41,095 nucleotides of DNA from assembly GCF_000315625.1 (NCBI RefSeq), contig NW_005434527.1:113729-154823 (forward strand), read 5' to 3'. Shown piece after piece: positions 11,511-24,463 of this stretch. The notes under the pieces were generated by a model. That model saw only the letters and a list, made by a program, of their open reading frames with translations. It had not been told where the DNA came from and searched no databases. This DNA comes from Guillardia theta CCMP2712 (lineage: Eukaryota; Protista; Cryptophyta). How positions within the stretch are numbered: position 1 is the stretch's first letter; every line of letters begins with the position of its first letter. A program made the position numbers and the translations under genes.

Positions 11511-13250
11511 CTACCATGGCCTTGTTTTCCTTTGAGATTGTTTGTCCATCGCGTTTGATTTACCCTGCAGCTGATTTGCGTTGGTCAACTCGAGCCATCG
11601 GCTTCGAAGAAATTCGTTGAGGGACTGCAGAGAACAAAAGTCATCCGTGAATCGTTCCTCTCACATGTCTTACTAGCAGCAAGGACTGATCTTCATTCTC
11701 CTCGCTCTCGTTCGTCTCCCGAAGCGATTGAATGTCTGAGATGTCAGGGTTCTTGTCCTTGCGTGAGACCACAGCCTCGACGTGCCCCTTGAACGGTTGC
11801 CAGACTTTCTTGTTGTTGAACGCTCCGTATGTGTCGCCCACCTGCCCTCCCGTCACCTTTCCCTCACGGCACTTCAACCTTCAGCCTTCACCTTGTAGTT
11901 CCCTGGTCCAGGCTTCGACCGAGCGTCTCGCACTATCCTGTCAAGTTCCGATATCGGACTTGAGATCGAAAAACGCCCCCCTGAGTCTACAAGGCTGGAG
12001 TACTTGGGCTTCCAGGCGTGTCAGAGCGATACAACGTCATGCCAGAAGTGAGCTTACGTTGTAGTAGTGGTCGGGAGCAGGTGTATCGGGCACGAAGTTG
12101 TACATTGACCCGACCATAAGAGAAGCTTTACCGATCTTCCCAACCGATGGCCCATTCTGTTTGCGCTTTTGAGGAAACTTTCGAGAGAGATATGAGTTCT
12201 TTTACCTTTTTTGTTGTTGCTATGTTGGGCAAGGCATATTGGCCAGGACCAGGGAACTTCGCGGTTCTATTTGGCATAGATTAGAAGGCAGCAGTAGGTA
12301 CAGAAAGCAAGAGCAACCTTCTACAGATTACATCTACCTCTGAAGGGCTGCTGCTTGTAGAAAATCTTGCGAATCAGCTTATTAGCTTTTTAGCGACGAG
12401 GAATTGTTTGCAACTTGCTACCTTCCACCAGACGATGCGTTGAGATGCGGAGGGATCGGGTTGCCGTATGCTCCAGGTGCAGGAAAACTAGAGAGAACAT
12501 CTCAGAAGATGCGAGGACTTGGCGATCATGGTGACCTTGACTTCAACTTGCGGATAAATTCTTCAGAGTTCATCCCTCTCGAGAGAGTCATCTTCCCCCC
12601 GACCTGACTATTTCTATAGGACACGCATCAAACGACCAGGAACAATCTTAAGGTACCACAGACTCGGTCATCACCTGTACAGACTCGTATGTTTGAGTGC
12701 ACTCTCGTTGCTGTTTCCGTACTGAATCGGGGAGGGAACCTGTCTTGAGCGATGTACGACCCAGTCGAGCTCTGACTTGCTGTTTGAAAGTGCAAACCTT
12801 CCAAAGAGCACTTTAGCCGATTCAGCAAGTTGCCAGTCAGACATCTACCTGGGTGCCTGAGACTTCGCCGTCGGTATCCGTACAATGTCTGACCGCCATG
12901 GGTCCGCCTTTGAGACGTCATACGCTCCTGGCCCGGGACCATGGAAGCCGATTGACGACTTAGAACGCCCTTGAGTCATGAGGTATGAGGAGCTCGGTCG
13001 TTCCTCAGATCCAAAGGTTGACACTTTCCGCTCGCTCCTCCTCCTCTGCCCTCTACCTTCACTGACTTGTCAGCCCGTTGGTATCAGGAATCCCCGAAAG
13101 CTCTTGGCCAGACTCCTGCAGGGCCCCCCTGTTCAACGTGGGCTGCCGGCTCTTGGGAGAGCAGTCTGAGGGAAGGAGAGGAGAGAGGACGTTCAGCTTG
13201 TCTTGTTGTTCATCATTGTCTTCACGTCCCTCCTCGTAACCCTCAGTTGA
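11511..13250 (-). CDS. SHIPPO/PGP-repeat (ODF3/STPG-like) ciliary microtubule-associated protein
   Basis: About 9-10 short exons give GPGPGAY, SELDWVVHRSRQVPSPIQY, FPAPGAY, FPGPGQY, TPAPDHY and GGRFS...SELDRIVRDARSKPGPGNY, typical PGP(G)xY repeats. Start codon unresolved. Confidence 0.75.
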
Positions 13251-13399
13251 GAATTTCCCACTGCAAGTTCGCGTCTGCTACCCCCGGCCCTGCCATGACT
13301 GGCGCACCAACCGTCTATCACCCCTACCCATGCGCTTCCCGTGTTGGCTGTACTATTTCAGGTACCCCCTACCCCCCTCAGGCTTGGACCGTTACTCAG

Positions 13400-13700
13400 T
13401 CAAAGTGGTCTGACCGGACGGTCACACGAGTCAACTTGGGGCTCGATCATCACCGGCGGCGGCGGCCGCGCCTGACTGCGGCACTGTCCGATCATCGGAT
13501 CACCGGCGTGCCGCATCGGATCCCGGCCCGGCCGGCCTTTCCGAACCCGGGCAAGAGAGTAGGCTCAGTGACACCGTCCGCCTCAGTGTCGCGCAGCCGC
13601 CGCCGGGTCGCGAGACTCCGGGAGAAAAGACAGCGAGAAACAACCCTCATCCGGCAGACTGCTGTCCCTGTTTAAAACAGTTGGACTGTACGGTGTCACA
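13400..13700. repeat. GC-rich word-repeat island 2, with an adjacent TACCC cluster at 13278-13380
   Basis: CCGGCCCGG, TCCGATCATCGGA and CTCAGTG words; GAGAAAAGACAGCGAGAA at 13622-13639; lies between divergent genes. Confidence 0.55.
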
Positions 13701-13908
13701 CTGATGATCATGTGATCTCATATCGGATGATCATTGAGATCAAGTCCGACTGATATCGCTAGGGGGGCAAACTTGATGCAGACCCGCCTCAGAGGGAAGC
13801 GACCTCCACCATGGGCGAGGGACTGTGGGAGCAGGGGAACGATGGCACGAGGGGAGCGAGAGGAAGAGGATGAGAGGAGGAGGGAGAGAGATTCGTGCTG
13901 ACGACTCC

Positions 13909-16900
13909 ATGTCCAAGATCCTGCGTCCCGCAGCCACGCTCTTCCTCCTCCTCTCCTCTCTGAGTCAGGCTGGCACCGCCGTCCCACGAAACGCGCGCGA
14001 AGTTGTGGTTAACAGTGCTTCTTTCGCATCTGACGAGACAGACAAGCCCCTTGACTTTAGCCTGCCAGAGGCAGCACGCAGCATGACAGGAGAACAGCTG
14101 TACTTCATCGGTGAGAAGCTCCTGCTGGAGGGAAGAGCGTCAGAAGCTGTGGCATTCCTGTCCAAGGCTGCATCGCTAATGCCGAGAGACGCCTTCACGC
14201 ACAGCAACCTGGCGATCAGCCTCCATCAGCTGGGGAGGTCGAAGCAAGCGATCCCTCACTTCAAGATGGCTGCCAGCACCCAGCTCGACTCCTTGTACTT
14301 CGCCAACCTCGGGCAAGCGCTGTGGAGTGTCGGGGAGATTGAGGAGGCGATCCGGGTGCTGGAGACGACCATGCGGCTCGATGAGAATCAGTTCGGGTCC
14401 TTAGCTCTCCTGCTCCAGGTGCTCCATGCTCCTCCTGCCCCTGCCCCTCTACCTCCTGTCATGCTGTCACTTCTCGTGCTGCTCGTCCCTGTTCTCGGCC
14501 TGTCTCGTGTTCCTCCTGCTCCTCTCACATGGCCCTGCTCCTTCCCTCCCCTCCCCTCCTTACCTACGTATCCTCTTGCCGCTCTGACCAACTCTAGCTG
14601 GAGCACTACACGGCCTCCATCCTCTCCTCCTGGAACCGCAACTACGCTAGAGCGCGACGAGCTCTTCACGTCGTCCTTGGCAAAGCTGAAGTGTCGGGCA
14701 ATCCGGCAGACACGGTCTGGACGCCGTCACAGGTGAAGGAAGGGGGGAGGGTAGAGGAGGGAGGAGGGATGGGGAAGGGGGTGGTAGGAGGGTAGAGGAG
14801 GGAGGAAGGAGCAGGAAGGGGTTGGTAGGAGGGAAGAGAAGGGAGGAGGGTAGAGGAGGGAGGAAGGAGCAGGAAGGAGATGGTAGGAGGGTAGAGGAGG
14901 GATGGAGAAGGGTGGACAGGGGAGATGCCATTGTCTGAAGATTTTCGTGGTTTCAAGATTTTGCTTCTGGATGTTGATGAGGAATACGTTCTCAAGCTTT
15001 GCCGCATCCATACGAACAGAAATCTGCAGCCATCTCTTCATCGTTTCCGATATGGTACGACATGCTAGTCTTGTATGTACGCATTGAGGTCCTGGATGAG
15101 ATGTTCATTCCTCGCACACTCTGCATTCTAATCTCATGTAATGAAAGTGACCTTACATCTCCGTTTTCATGTTTTTACCTCACCTTTCATCAACTCAGAT
15201 TCTCTTGTCTCTTCTCTCTTCTCATGTTATTCTGCCCCCACCTCTGCTCTGCTCTTCTCTCTTCTCCTCCTCTTTGTTTCCTGACCTGCATGCCAGTCAG
15301 ACCGTCTGGAAAGAAAAGGCTAAGAGTTGGGTCACCTTACCGCTCTGCCCTTGCGGGAGCTGCTGACTTGTCTTCAGGTACCTGAGCTACAGCTTCGGCC
15401 TCGGAGTTCGCAACGGGCTCATGTACCATGTAAGCTTGCGACGAGGAGGGGAGGAAGAGCGTTAGTGATGAACCTTTAGGTTTTCGGGTCGCACAACCGA
15501 AGTCAAGTCGAGGTTGTCAAGAATCAGCCGGCGCAGGCTGCTGAGATTTGCACGTCAGATCTTTGGGTTTGCTATCAGACCGCACGACGACAATGCTGAC
15601 GATGCGGAGAAAGCGAGGGTGGAGAAGAACGTGAGAGGAGAGGCTCTTCCTTCCTTGGAGTTGTTGAGACTCCTTCAATCTAACAGGTCGAGCACTTCGT
15701 CGACATTAGTAGGATCGAAGTGTCCGACATCCCTGCCCTCATCAACTCCAACAACGTCCACGTCCTCGTCGACATCTGCGGCCTACACGCCAACGGCACC
15801 ATGCTCTACAAGAGGTGAGATCAGTCGATCCTGTCGGGACATGTTTGACTCTCGTCCCGCTCGTCTCCTCATGTCAGTCTGCTCGCCTTCAAGCCCTCGG
15901 CCGTTCAAGTTGCCTACATGGCCTTCGCCGCAACCACCGGAGCATCTTACATAGACCACCTTGTTACCGACAAAGTGACCCCCTCATGCCCATCGGCTGA
16001 ATGATTCCCAGTCCCCGCTTCCTCCTCCCCCTCCTCGTCCTCGTTTTCCTCCTCCTCCCACTCCTCCTTCCCCTCCTCCCGCTTCGTCCTCGTCCTCCTC
16101 GTCCTCCTTGCCCTCCTCCTCCCACTCCATCCTTGTCCTGCTCCTCGTCCTCATCTTCCTTCCCTCCCGCTCGCCTCCTTCTCCTCCCTTTTCCTTATCT
16201 GTTCCTCTTGTTTTATTTATTTCAGTGCCTTCAGACCTTCTTCTCTAGTTGACTTTCAGTGTATCAGATCACAAGTCCGCCAGATTATCGTCATCACTAC
16301 TCGGAGTCCTTCATCTACATGCCCAACTCGTATCATGTCAACTCCCACAAGTACTTTGCTCTTCATCTTTCATCGTGGGTTGCAATCTGTTCTGCTGGCT
16401 GACATGTCTTGTAACGTCCTCCTCTTCTGCCATCCCATCACATTACTGTTGTCTTCTCTGTTCAGGCAACGATTCAAGACAAACGTCTTCGGTACATTCC
16501 CTCCCTCTCCTCATGAGTAGCTCAAACTCTGGAGCAGGAGAGAAGGAGCTTGTGGGCAGGAGGAGCAAGGAAGGACTCCCCAACTCTTCTATCATCTACT
16601 GCAGGCAAGGAGAAGGGAGGGATGTGACGACGACGAGGAGGAGCAGGAGGAGGAGAAGGGGAAAGAGGAGGATGAGCACGACGAAGAAGAGGAGGGAGAG
16701 GAGGAGGAGGAAAGTAATGCTGTTTCAGCTACAACCAATTCTTCAAGATAGACAAGCACATCCTACGAGCATGGATCGATATCCTTCGACGAGATGAAAA
16801 GGTTCTCAAACTTTTCTCTTCATTTTGGCCCTTGAAAGGTTTGAGCCAGTCTGTCCTCGTGCTCGTAAAGTTCTTGTTTCACAAGCAGGTTGCAGGAAAA

Positions 16901-18444
16901 CTTTTCCTTTCCCCTTCCCCTTCCCCTTCCCCTTCCCCATCCCCTACTTGACGATCCTGCTCCGACTCTTTCCGCCTTCCTCCTCTTACTCTCATTCTTT
17001 CATCCCTTCCCTCATTTCAACCCGGCCTTTCATACACTGATCATTTCTTTCACCCTCCCACTCCTACTCTTCCTCCTCCTGCTCCTCCTGCTCCTCCTGC
17101 TCCTGCTCCTCCTGCTCCTCCTGCTCCTGCTCCTCACTTCATCCCTCTGATTCAGGCGGAGAGAAATCTTCGCGCTGCTCTGCGTGCAAATGGAATCAAC
17201 GCGACTCGTTTGATCCTAGCGGAGAAGGTGAATGATAACCCTTCGCTTCCTCCTGCTGCTGCTGCTCTCCCCTACCTCCTCCTCCTCTTCTCCCTCGCTG
17301 ATCTTCCTCCTCCTCCTCTTCCTCTCCCTAGCTGATCTTCCTCCTCCCCCCCTCTTCTTCTCCCTCGCTGATCTTCCTCCTCCTCCTCCTCCTCCTCCTC
17401 CTCCTCCTCCTCCTCTTCCTTAAGTTGTGGCTCCTTCTCCAGGTTCCTTGACCACCTTCTCTTCCTTCTCCTCTTCTCTCTCGCTGATCTTCTTCTTCCA
17501 GCTCAAGAACCAGGAGCACATCCTTCGCTCTCAGCTCATGCATCTTCATCTCGACACCCGACTGCAGAGCGGTCACACCACCACAGTACGACGACACTCC
17601 TCCTCCTCCTCCTCTAGCCCTCACTCCTGCTAGGTCGATGCGCTCTGGTCAGGGATTCCCGTTCTTGTGTGGCCGGTCAGCATTGCTGCTCCTGCTTCTG
17701 CTCCTGCTCCTGCACTTGCTCCTGCTCCTCTCCCTTGGGTGACAGCAGGTGCATGCAGGCGAGGAGCATGGTATCAAGAGCAGCCGCGGGCATCGTCCAT
17801 GGAGCAGGTGAAGGAGGCGCACAGGAGGAGGAGGAGGAAGAGGAGGAGGAGGAGGAGGAGGAGGAGCTGACTGCCCTATAAGGCTTGTCCTGGATGATTG
17901 CGAGGAACGGTCAAGACTACGTGGAGGCGGTGAGAACAGCCGTTGGTCAGGGGAGAAGAGGAATAGAGACGGGGAGAGGAGAAGGAAGGGACAAGAAGTG
18001 GGAGAGAGGAAAGATACAGTGTAGGGAGGTCGGGAGGGGGAGAGGAGAAGAATGGAAGGAGAAAAGGAGGGGAGCAGGTGGTAGAAGGGATAGAGGAGGG
18101 AGGATGAAGCTGCTTCTTTCAGGCGATGGTGCTCTCGAGGTCCAAGGCGGCTAGGATGCTCGTTGACGCTGCTCGATCCTCCTCCTCTCTCTTCAACCTC
18201 GACAAGTGAGGAGATGTTGGTCGAGCTCGCAGCCTGAAGTGCTTTCTCGCAGGTGGGTGAAGGACTGGGAAAGAAGCCTTAAGCTCGCAGCAGACAGCCA
18301 GGGTGAGACCAGGGAGGAGGGGAGGGAGAGGGAGGGGAGGAAAGAGGTGGAGGTGGAGGGCGACGGGAGGAGACAAAGGGCGAATGTGAGAATGGTTTGA
18401 TAGCAGGAGGAAGCGTTCGTCACATCATCGCTCACAACTCTTAA
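13909..18444 (+). CDS. TPR-containing glycosyltransferase family 41 (O-GlcNAc transferase-like) with predicted signal peptide
   Basis: N-terminus MSKILRPAATLFLLLSSLSQA; ~3 TPRs; GT41 motifs across many exons: RLRVG-YLS, VHVLVDICG, RPVQVAYMAFAATTGASYIDHLVTD, HYSESFIYMPNSYHVNSH, CSYNQFFKID, LHLDT...GHTTT-VDALWSGIPV, MVSRAAAGI, SSLFN...WVKDWERSL. Confidence 0.85.
14735..14920. repeat. Purine-rich intronic minisatellite
   Basis: GGAGGGTAGAGGAGGGA(GGAAGGAGCAGGAAGG) units repeated within a GT41-gene intron. Confidence 0.8.
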
Positions 18445-18513
18445 AATCACTTCGTCCCCTTATCTTCACTCGTTCACTTCCTATCCCCTTCTCCTTCTAT
18501 TTCCCCCTCCCGC

Positions 18514-20717
18514 TCATCTGCGGTCGATGAGCTGCCGTAGAACGATCGGCGCTGCCATTTGCAGCAAATCGAGCGAAGGATCCAACTCCCTTCCGACCCC
18601 ATCGAGGACCTGCGAGCAAGTCAAACATGAGAGGAGGACGAGGAAGGGGCACCATGACAGCCAGGCAGACGGCAGCGAAGTTGCTCTCGATCTTCACGCG
18701 ATGCAGACAAGCCTGACAGAGGATGAGCGATGAGCACGCGGCAGTGAAAACGTACAAGAGTGAAGGCCTGAGCCAGAATCTGCCCAGCACGGAACTTGCC
18801 GAGCACCAGACCTCTTCCTAGCGCGTCATTGACGAGCCGCTCTGCGAGAAGAGTCACAAGGAGCGACACTGAGAGCGCAAGAGGAGGAGGCAAGAGGAGC
18901 AGCGGACGAGATCAGAGCATAGGGCGGTTCCTACCCATCCCGTCGCAGAAGGCCTCGACGTTGTCACATGCGTGATCCCTCGCGTTCTCCAGCATGAGCT
19001 GAGCAGCCAGTCGACCGTCTCGCTGCACGACAGCTCCGAACAGTGCAACGAAGTTCTTCTTGTCTCGATCCTGAAACCAAGTCACCTTGTGCTCCCTTGG
19101 CACGTCTCATAGCTCACCGACAGCTGGGAGGTGATGCCGGCATCGAGGAAACTCACTCTGATGGGCCCGTTGTTGTCCTCTCCGAACGATACGAGGACGT
19201 TGCCAGGATGTAGATCCCCGTGAATGAAGTTGTGCTGTTCGAGCAGTCAGACACTGCGTACACTCATGTCCTCTCACCTTGAAGCACATGGCAAGAAACG
19301 CCCTCATGCCGATGTCTGCGACTTTCCTCCTGATGTCAGTCTGGTCCGACAGGTTCCCTGCTCGCAAGCATCAGTCGCACGTCGCACGGCAGGCAGCCGA
19401 GTTCACCTGAGATCAGCTCGGCCAGAGGAATTCCGTCCTGAAGAGTCTCCACTAGGATGTTCTCCGATACCAAGGGCCGGATTGGCAGAGGGAATTTCAC
19501 CTCCTCCCACGATTTGAAATTCTGAGAGAACATTTCGAGGTTGTTGGCCTCAACCCTCAGGTCTATCTGGTTCTGCATCAGACCTGCGAATTCCTCAACG
19601 CTTTCTCTCAGAGACAACCAGCGCAGCCGCGGCAGTTTCTCCACCAAAGTGGCCAGGCTCAGCATCAGGTGAATGTCAGCGTACGACGTCGAAGGAACTT
19701 CGGGGTGGATGATCTTGATCGCTACTTTCATGGGCTCGTCGTCCTTCATGATCACTGCCCGATGTACCTGCGCAATGCAGCCTGAGCCGATCGGCGTCTT
19801 GTCCAGCGACAGGAGCTGATATCCCGAGTTTCGCATCAAGAGGAGCAGGTCGTCCAGCGAGCTCTCGATGTCATGCGTCTGCGCGTTCGAATGCAGGATG
19901 GAGAGTCTGCTGCAGAGATCCTGCGGGAAAATATCCGTGCGAGTTGCCGCCCACTGACCGAGCTTGACAAACGCCGGGCCGCTCCTCTCCAGCTCTGCGA
20001 TGGCCCACCGCCACCACAAGTCGAGGGCTGAACCTCCCAGGAGACGGAAAGGGAGGTAAGAAACAGCGAGAGGAAAGAAGATGAAGATGTGTCGAAAAAT
20101 CCTCTGCACCATCAAGTTGACGCTGATCTCTCGTTCAACCCTGCAAAACCATCATTCACACAACCTTCTCGCAAGACAGGTTCTCACCATAATTGATTGC
20201 TACTCATCCCCGTGTTGTCCAGAACTGGCACAGTGAGCTCGGCGACCGAGTTCTCCTTGCTAACCAGCCAAGGTAGGCTTGCATGTCTTCCTTGCATCCT
20301 CTTGATTGTCAGCCCAAGTCCCGTCATGCCAATAGCAAACGTCGTACAACCCACACAAACTCGACCAAATTTTGACTTCCAAAACAAGTAGAATCTGATC
20401 AGCGCGTTTGTTGGGACCTCAACAACTGCTGACCGATGAATATAATGAGCTCGACCTCCCTGACCCCCATACCTTGCTCGTTTCCCCGAAAGAATATGCA
20501 TCCCCCTCCGTTGTAGAAACGTCACCTGAAACTCCCACACCAACGGCTGAGTTCGCCTGAGTTCAGATTTCCCATGATCCGCCGCAAACCACATGTGTTT
20601 GGTAGTCAACCCTTCTACATGGCTGCTAACAATGTTCCTTGCAGGTGTTTTGACCGCACCTTTGGCCGCAGCCATGAACAAAGCCTTCTTGGTGAGATTT
20701 GCCATCATACTGGCCAT
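18514..20717 (-). CDS. ABC1/UbiB atypical kinase, ADCK2-like, probably mitochondrial
   Basis: SGPAFVKLGQWAATRTDIFP (KxGQ), PIGSGCIAQVHRA, VAIKIIHP, QIDLRVEANNL, HNFIHGDLHPGNVLV, FLDAGI, HRVKIESNF and VLDGVGRELDP; basic N-terminal presequence. Confidence 0.88.
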
Positions 20718-21129
20718 TCTTGCAGATTGTGCTCACAATCCGAGCAAAACTATCAGCAAATCAACAGCCCAACACTTTCCCTATCATCAAGTTCATGCAA
20801 ACCAAGGCAGTGACCGCCGATGTTCTCTTCTCCCTGCAGCGTCTCCTCAGGTCAGTTTGCAAATTTCACCAAAATCTGCCTCAAGATTTCGAATGAACCG
20901 CAAGCGTGCGAGATGTTACTTGGCAAGAAATTCTCAGGGAAGAGACGTTAAGGCAACAGTCTTGGTTGTCGTTACTGTTTGTTCTCCTCCTCCTCCTCCT
21001 CCCCTCCTCTCACTCCTTTCCTCCCTTCAGCATGTTCCGCCACCTTCCACCTACTTCCATCACCCCCACCCCATCCTCTTCATCATTTTCCCACCCCCTC
21101 CCCATCGAATCCCATCACCTCATCGCTAA

Positions 21130-21730
21130 CCCGTACTTTTCACCTTTATCACCCCCTCATTTATACGGGATGTACAACCCCCCCGTGTTAGTCTAACCCT
21201 GGACATGACCCCACCCAACGGCCTCTTGTTTTCATTACTACCCACCCCTTGCGACTGGTGGATGAGGGGACGTAGAGGGGGTAGGGGTGTACTGGTCGGG
21301 TCAGGAATGGGGGTGAGGGGGTCTACTTTCAAGTACCTTGAACAGGGCTGGGATAACCAGGGGTGGTCAACCCATCCATGATGTGAGGGTGGGGTATTCA
21401 AATAGATCTAGAGGGGGTAGGGGGTATTAAAAGGATATATGGTCCAACATGAGGTGGATTGGACTGAATTTTATAAGGAAGACCAGGGGTAGTCCAAGAG
21501 CCTTATTGTATACCCGTCCTTTAGAGGTAATTTTCAATTGATTTGTATAGGTGGGGGTAGTCGGGATTCCTACAGTGTTCCTATGACCACGGTCTTTATG
21601 TCATCAAACCACCCCCCTTCACTGACCCCCTAAGATAATAGTTCAACACTACCCACCACATATTTCCCCACTAAAGAGTAGTGTAATATACCGGTCCAAA
21701 TAATCTCAAGAGGTACCCTACCCCACCGTC
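21130..21730. promoter_or_regulatory. Dense TACCC/GGGTA cluster in a divergent intergenic region
   Basis: About 10 GGGGTA/TACCC words, e.g. GGGGTAGGGGTGTAC, GGGGGTAGGGGGTA and GGTACCCTACCCC. Confidence 0.45.
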
Positions 21731-21878
21731 ATCCTCACGCGTGCAGCGTTGAGAGTTCAAACCGATTGGCGAAGTTTTTTGAAGAAGTTTGTGGAAGTTT
21801 GAAAGTTTGAAAGTTTTGAAGTCTGAGGGTTGAGAAAGTTTGAAACTATGCAAGTCAAGTAGAACTAAAGTTTCTGCT

Positions 21879-21948
21879 ATGCTCGCAATGAAGCCCATGG
21901 CCGACTCTAGGGTTGCATCGCCCCAGTCCCCTCCTTCCGCTAGCCCTC

Positions 21949-22026
<78 letters not shown>

Positions 22027-24458
22027 TCTGCTTCTGCTGCTGCTTCTGCTTCTGCTTCTGCTTCTGCTTCTGCTTCTGCTTCTGCTTCTGCTTCTGCTTC
22101 TGCTTCTGCTCCTGCTCCTGCTGCTCTTCATCATCATTCTTTCTGCTCCTCACGAATCTCGCAAAGCCGCAGCCATGTTGTTACTGGCATCTATTCCCGT
22201 TCTAACAAGTAGAGATCTGACCCTCGCACTCTGCTAGATGAGGACATGGCTGGTGGTGATGACGATCACGCTCGTCGAGTTGAGCATGTTGGAGCGCGAC
22301 GAGGGAGCAAGCACGAAACCCCCGATGAGCTTGTCGGAACTTCTTCACGTCCTGTAATGATCGAAGTGTAGCCTGACACATCCATCCGCTGATAGTCAAC
22401 CCATAGGAGAGACCGATCGAAGATGCTGAGAAGATGGCCGCTGAACAGACCGCCATGGCAGCTGGGGGCGGAACTTGAGGCGAGTGATAGTGATCCGAGG
22501 TCAATCCTGATCCCCCGACCAGGAGCTCTACAGAGACTGTGGAGAGGATTCACGTTTTGGGTGACCGATGTTGAATTACAGTGAGGTGATGTAAAGGATG
22601 CTCTTGGCAGGGGGCTTCAGATCTTAGGGGACATCGACGACGAGACTTACGTGAAGTCAACGCCGTTTGTATGACATGGGATCCTTTGTTGGGTGCGTCT
22701 GACATGGACCAACGCCAGTATTCGCTGTATCAGCGATACATGACGTGAGTTGTGAAAACTGTCGCGATATTATTGACGGGAGATGTCGGCAAGACAGGAT
22801 GGGGCCAGACAATGTGTCGTATATTGATGAGTCCGTCGGAATGTTCACTCACGCAGAGCTGGCGAGATACAGGTGGTTGCCTAGTCTCACTTGCAGCATT
22901 GGATGACGTGGCGAGTCAGATGTCCTGGAAACGGACCGATCAGGAAGATCTCAGTAGAGGAGCACGTGCGCCTGGACGCGAACCTTTTCCCGTCGACCTG
23001 ACCGTCTTCAAAGGACGCCTGGGTTGATCAGTGGCACGAGCGAATTGCAAAGATGGCGCCGGAGGATTCGTCAGGGCTACCGAAGCACATGATCTTTGAT
23101 CCGTGAGATGCCTGCACCGTCTCTCTTTGAAGTCTCTGCAAACTCACCCCGTGAGGCAGAGTTCGAATCGTGCACGGGGAGAAAGAGAGGGACAGTCATT
23201 GCTACACAGCCATGTTGCGAGCATAGTCAGTTCTTGCTCCTTGCCTCTGCTCTTCGTGACCTCTCCTTTGACTCTCCAGTCGCCAATCGCATTACCTCAA
23301 GAGCTTCTCGGGTCACAGCGCAAAGAATCAGCATGGTGATTGTGTGTGGGAGCAACAAGAAGCTGAGATGTGTCAAGGCGAGTTCATGGCAGAGCCTGAC
23401 GTGCTCTTCGGACAAGTGCCTGGATGGATGTCAAGGTTGTTGTGACGTCATCACATGGCGATGTCACGTTCTCCCGTCACTCACGCCCGCATCTCAGATT
23501 GGAGCTGGACGAAAAGATGCGCGTCTTCGATGCCCGCATGTTGGCTGACATGCGGCCGGCACTGGAGCGGAGAAACATTACCGCGATGCTGGAGACAGTC
23601 CATCGGTAGGTGTGAGTTGCTCGTAAGGTGTCGCGTGAGCGATGAAGCAGGGGGCTGCGGTCTGAGGGCTTGACAGAGAAGGACATCTGTCCAGGAACAA
23701 ACTCGAGGTGAAATCGTTCACGAATTCTTTCTGCAATGCGCATCTTACCTTGGATCGACTCAACTTTGTCACCACCAGTGCGATCTCTCCTCCTTGTGAA
23801 CTCCTTGTCTCCTGCAGATCTTCGCGATTCATCGATGCAATCTTCTTCACTCAAGTCGTCATCTGCCCCACTCGTGGCCTCGTCAACTTGACGTTCACCA
23901 AGAATGTCAGTCATAGACCATGGGCCATCGACAAGTGAGTCACTCGCTGATCCTGTTTCTCCTCCATCCTCCCCTCCTCTTCTTTCTCTTCCTCTTCCCC
24001 ATTCCTCTCTTCCTTTTCTACCCCTCTCTCCCTCCCCTCCCTGCCTGTTTCCCCCTTTCCTATCTTCGTTCCCTTCCCTTCCCTCCCTCCTTTCCCTTCG
24101 TGTACCCCTTCCCTATCTTTCCTTCCTTCCCCTCCCCTCCCCTCCCCTCTCCCTTCTCTCCCTTCTGTCCTGCCTTGTCAACTGCTCTCAGATTTGGGCA
24201 TGCGTTAGACTTCCCGAGGAGGCCCAACGGGAAGATCATTGCAGAGGTTTTGACAGATGGAGACATCGAAGCTCTCAAGTCTGCCAACAAGCAAGACACT
24301 TCTCCGCCTCTCCGCCTCGCTCACTCCTCCTCCGCAGATACTCTGAGGTCTCATCAGCGCCAACAGAGAGGGAGGAGGAGAGGATAAAGCGGAAATCGTC
24401 TTATGTCAAGAGGATCGAGTACGCCAAGGTCTTAATGTGGAAGGTGAAAACATCTTGA
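21879..24458 (+). CDS. Hypothetical multi-exon protein
   Basis: A run of ~50-nt GT-AG introns separates short open exons (e.g. RMGPDNVSYIDESVGMFTHAELARY, DAWVDQWHERIAKMAPEDSSGLPKHMIFDP, LELDEKMRVFDARMLADMRPALERR). Start and exact exon path uncertain. Confidence 0.5.
21949..22126. repeat. Compound (CCTGCT)n/(TCTGCT)n microsatellite, probably intronic
   Basis: Direct inspection. Confidence 0.95.
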
Positions 24459-24463
24459 ATTAC

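Noticed and set aside
13067-13675. Pro/Arg-rich ORFs over the GC islands (also 5179-5533 and 33827-34497)
   Set aside because: Stop-poor GC-rich DNA gives spurious ORFs with no domain signal.
13700-13755. Possible C/D-box snoRNA (TGATGA...CTGA)
   Set aside because: Only ~53 nt, no terminal stem or recognisable guide; explained by local GATC-rich words.
21671-22212. ORFs with QE/QK, SC/FC, PA/SA or RS repeats (SR-protein-like)
   Set aside because: All are translations of one hexamer microsatellite.
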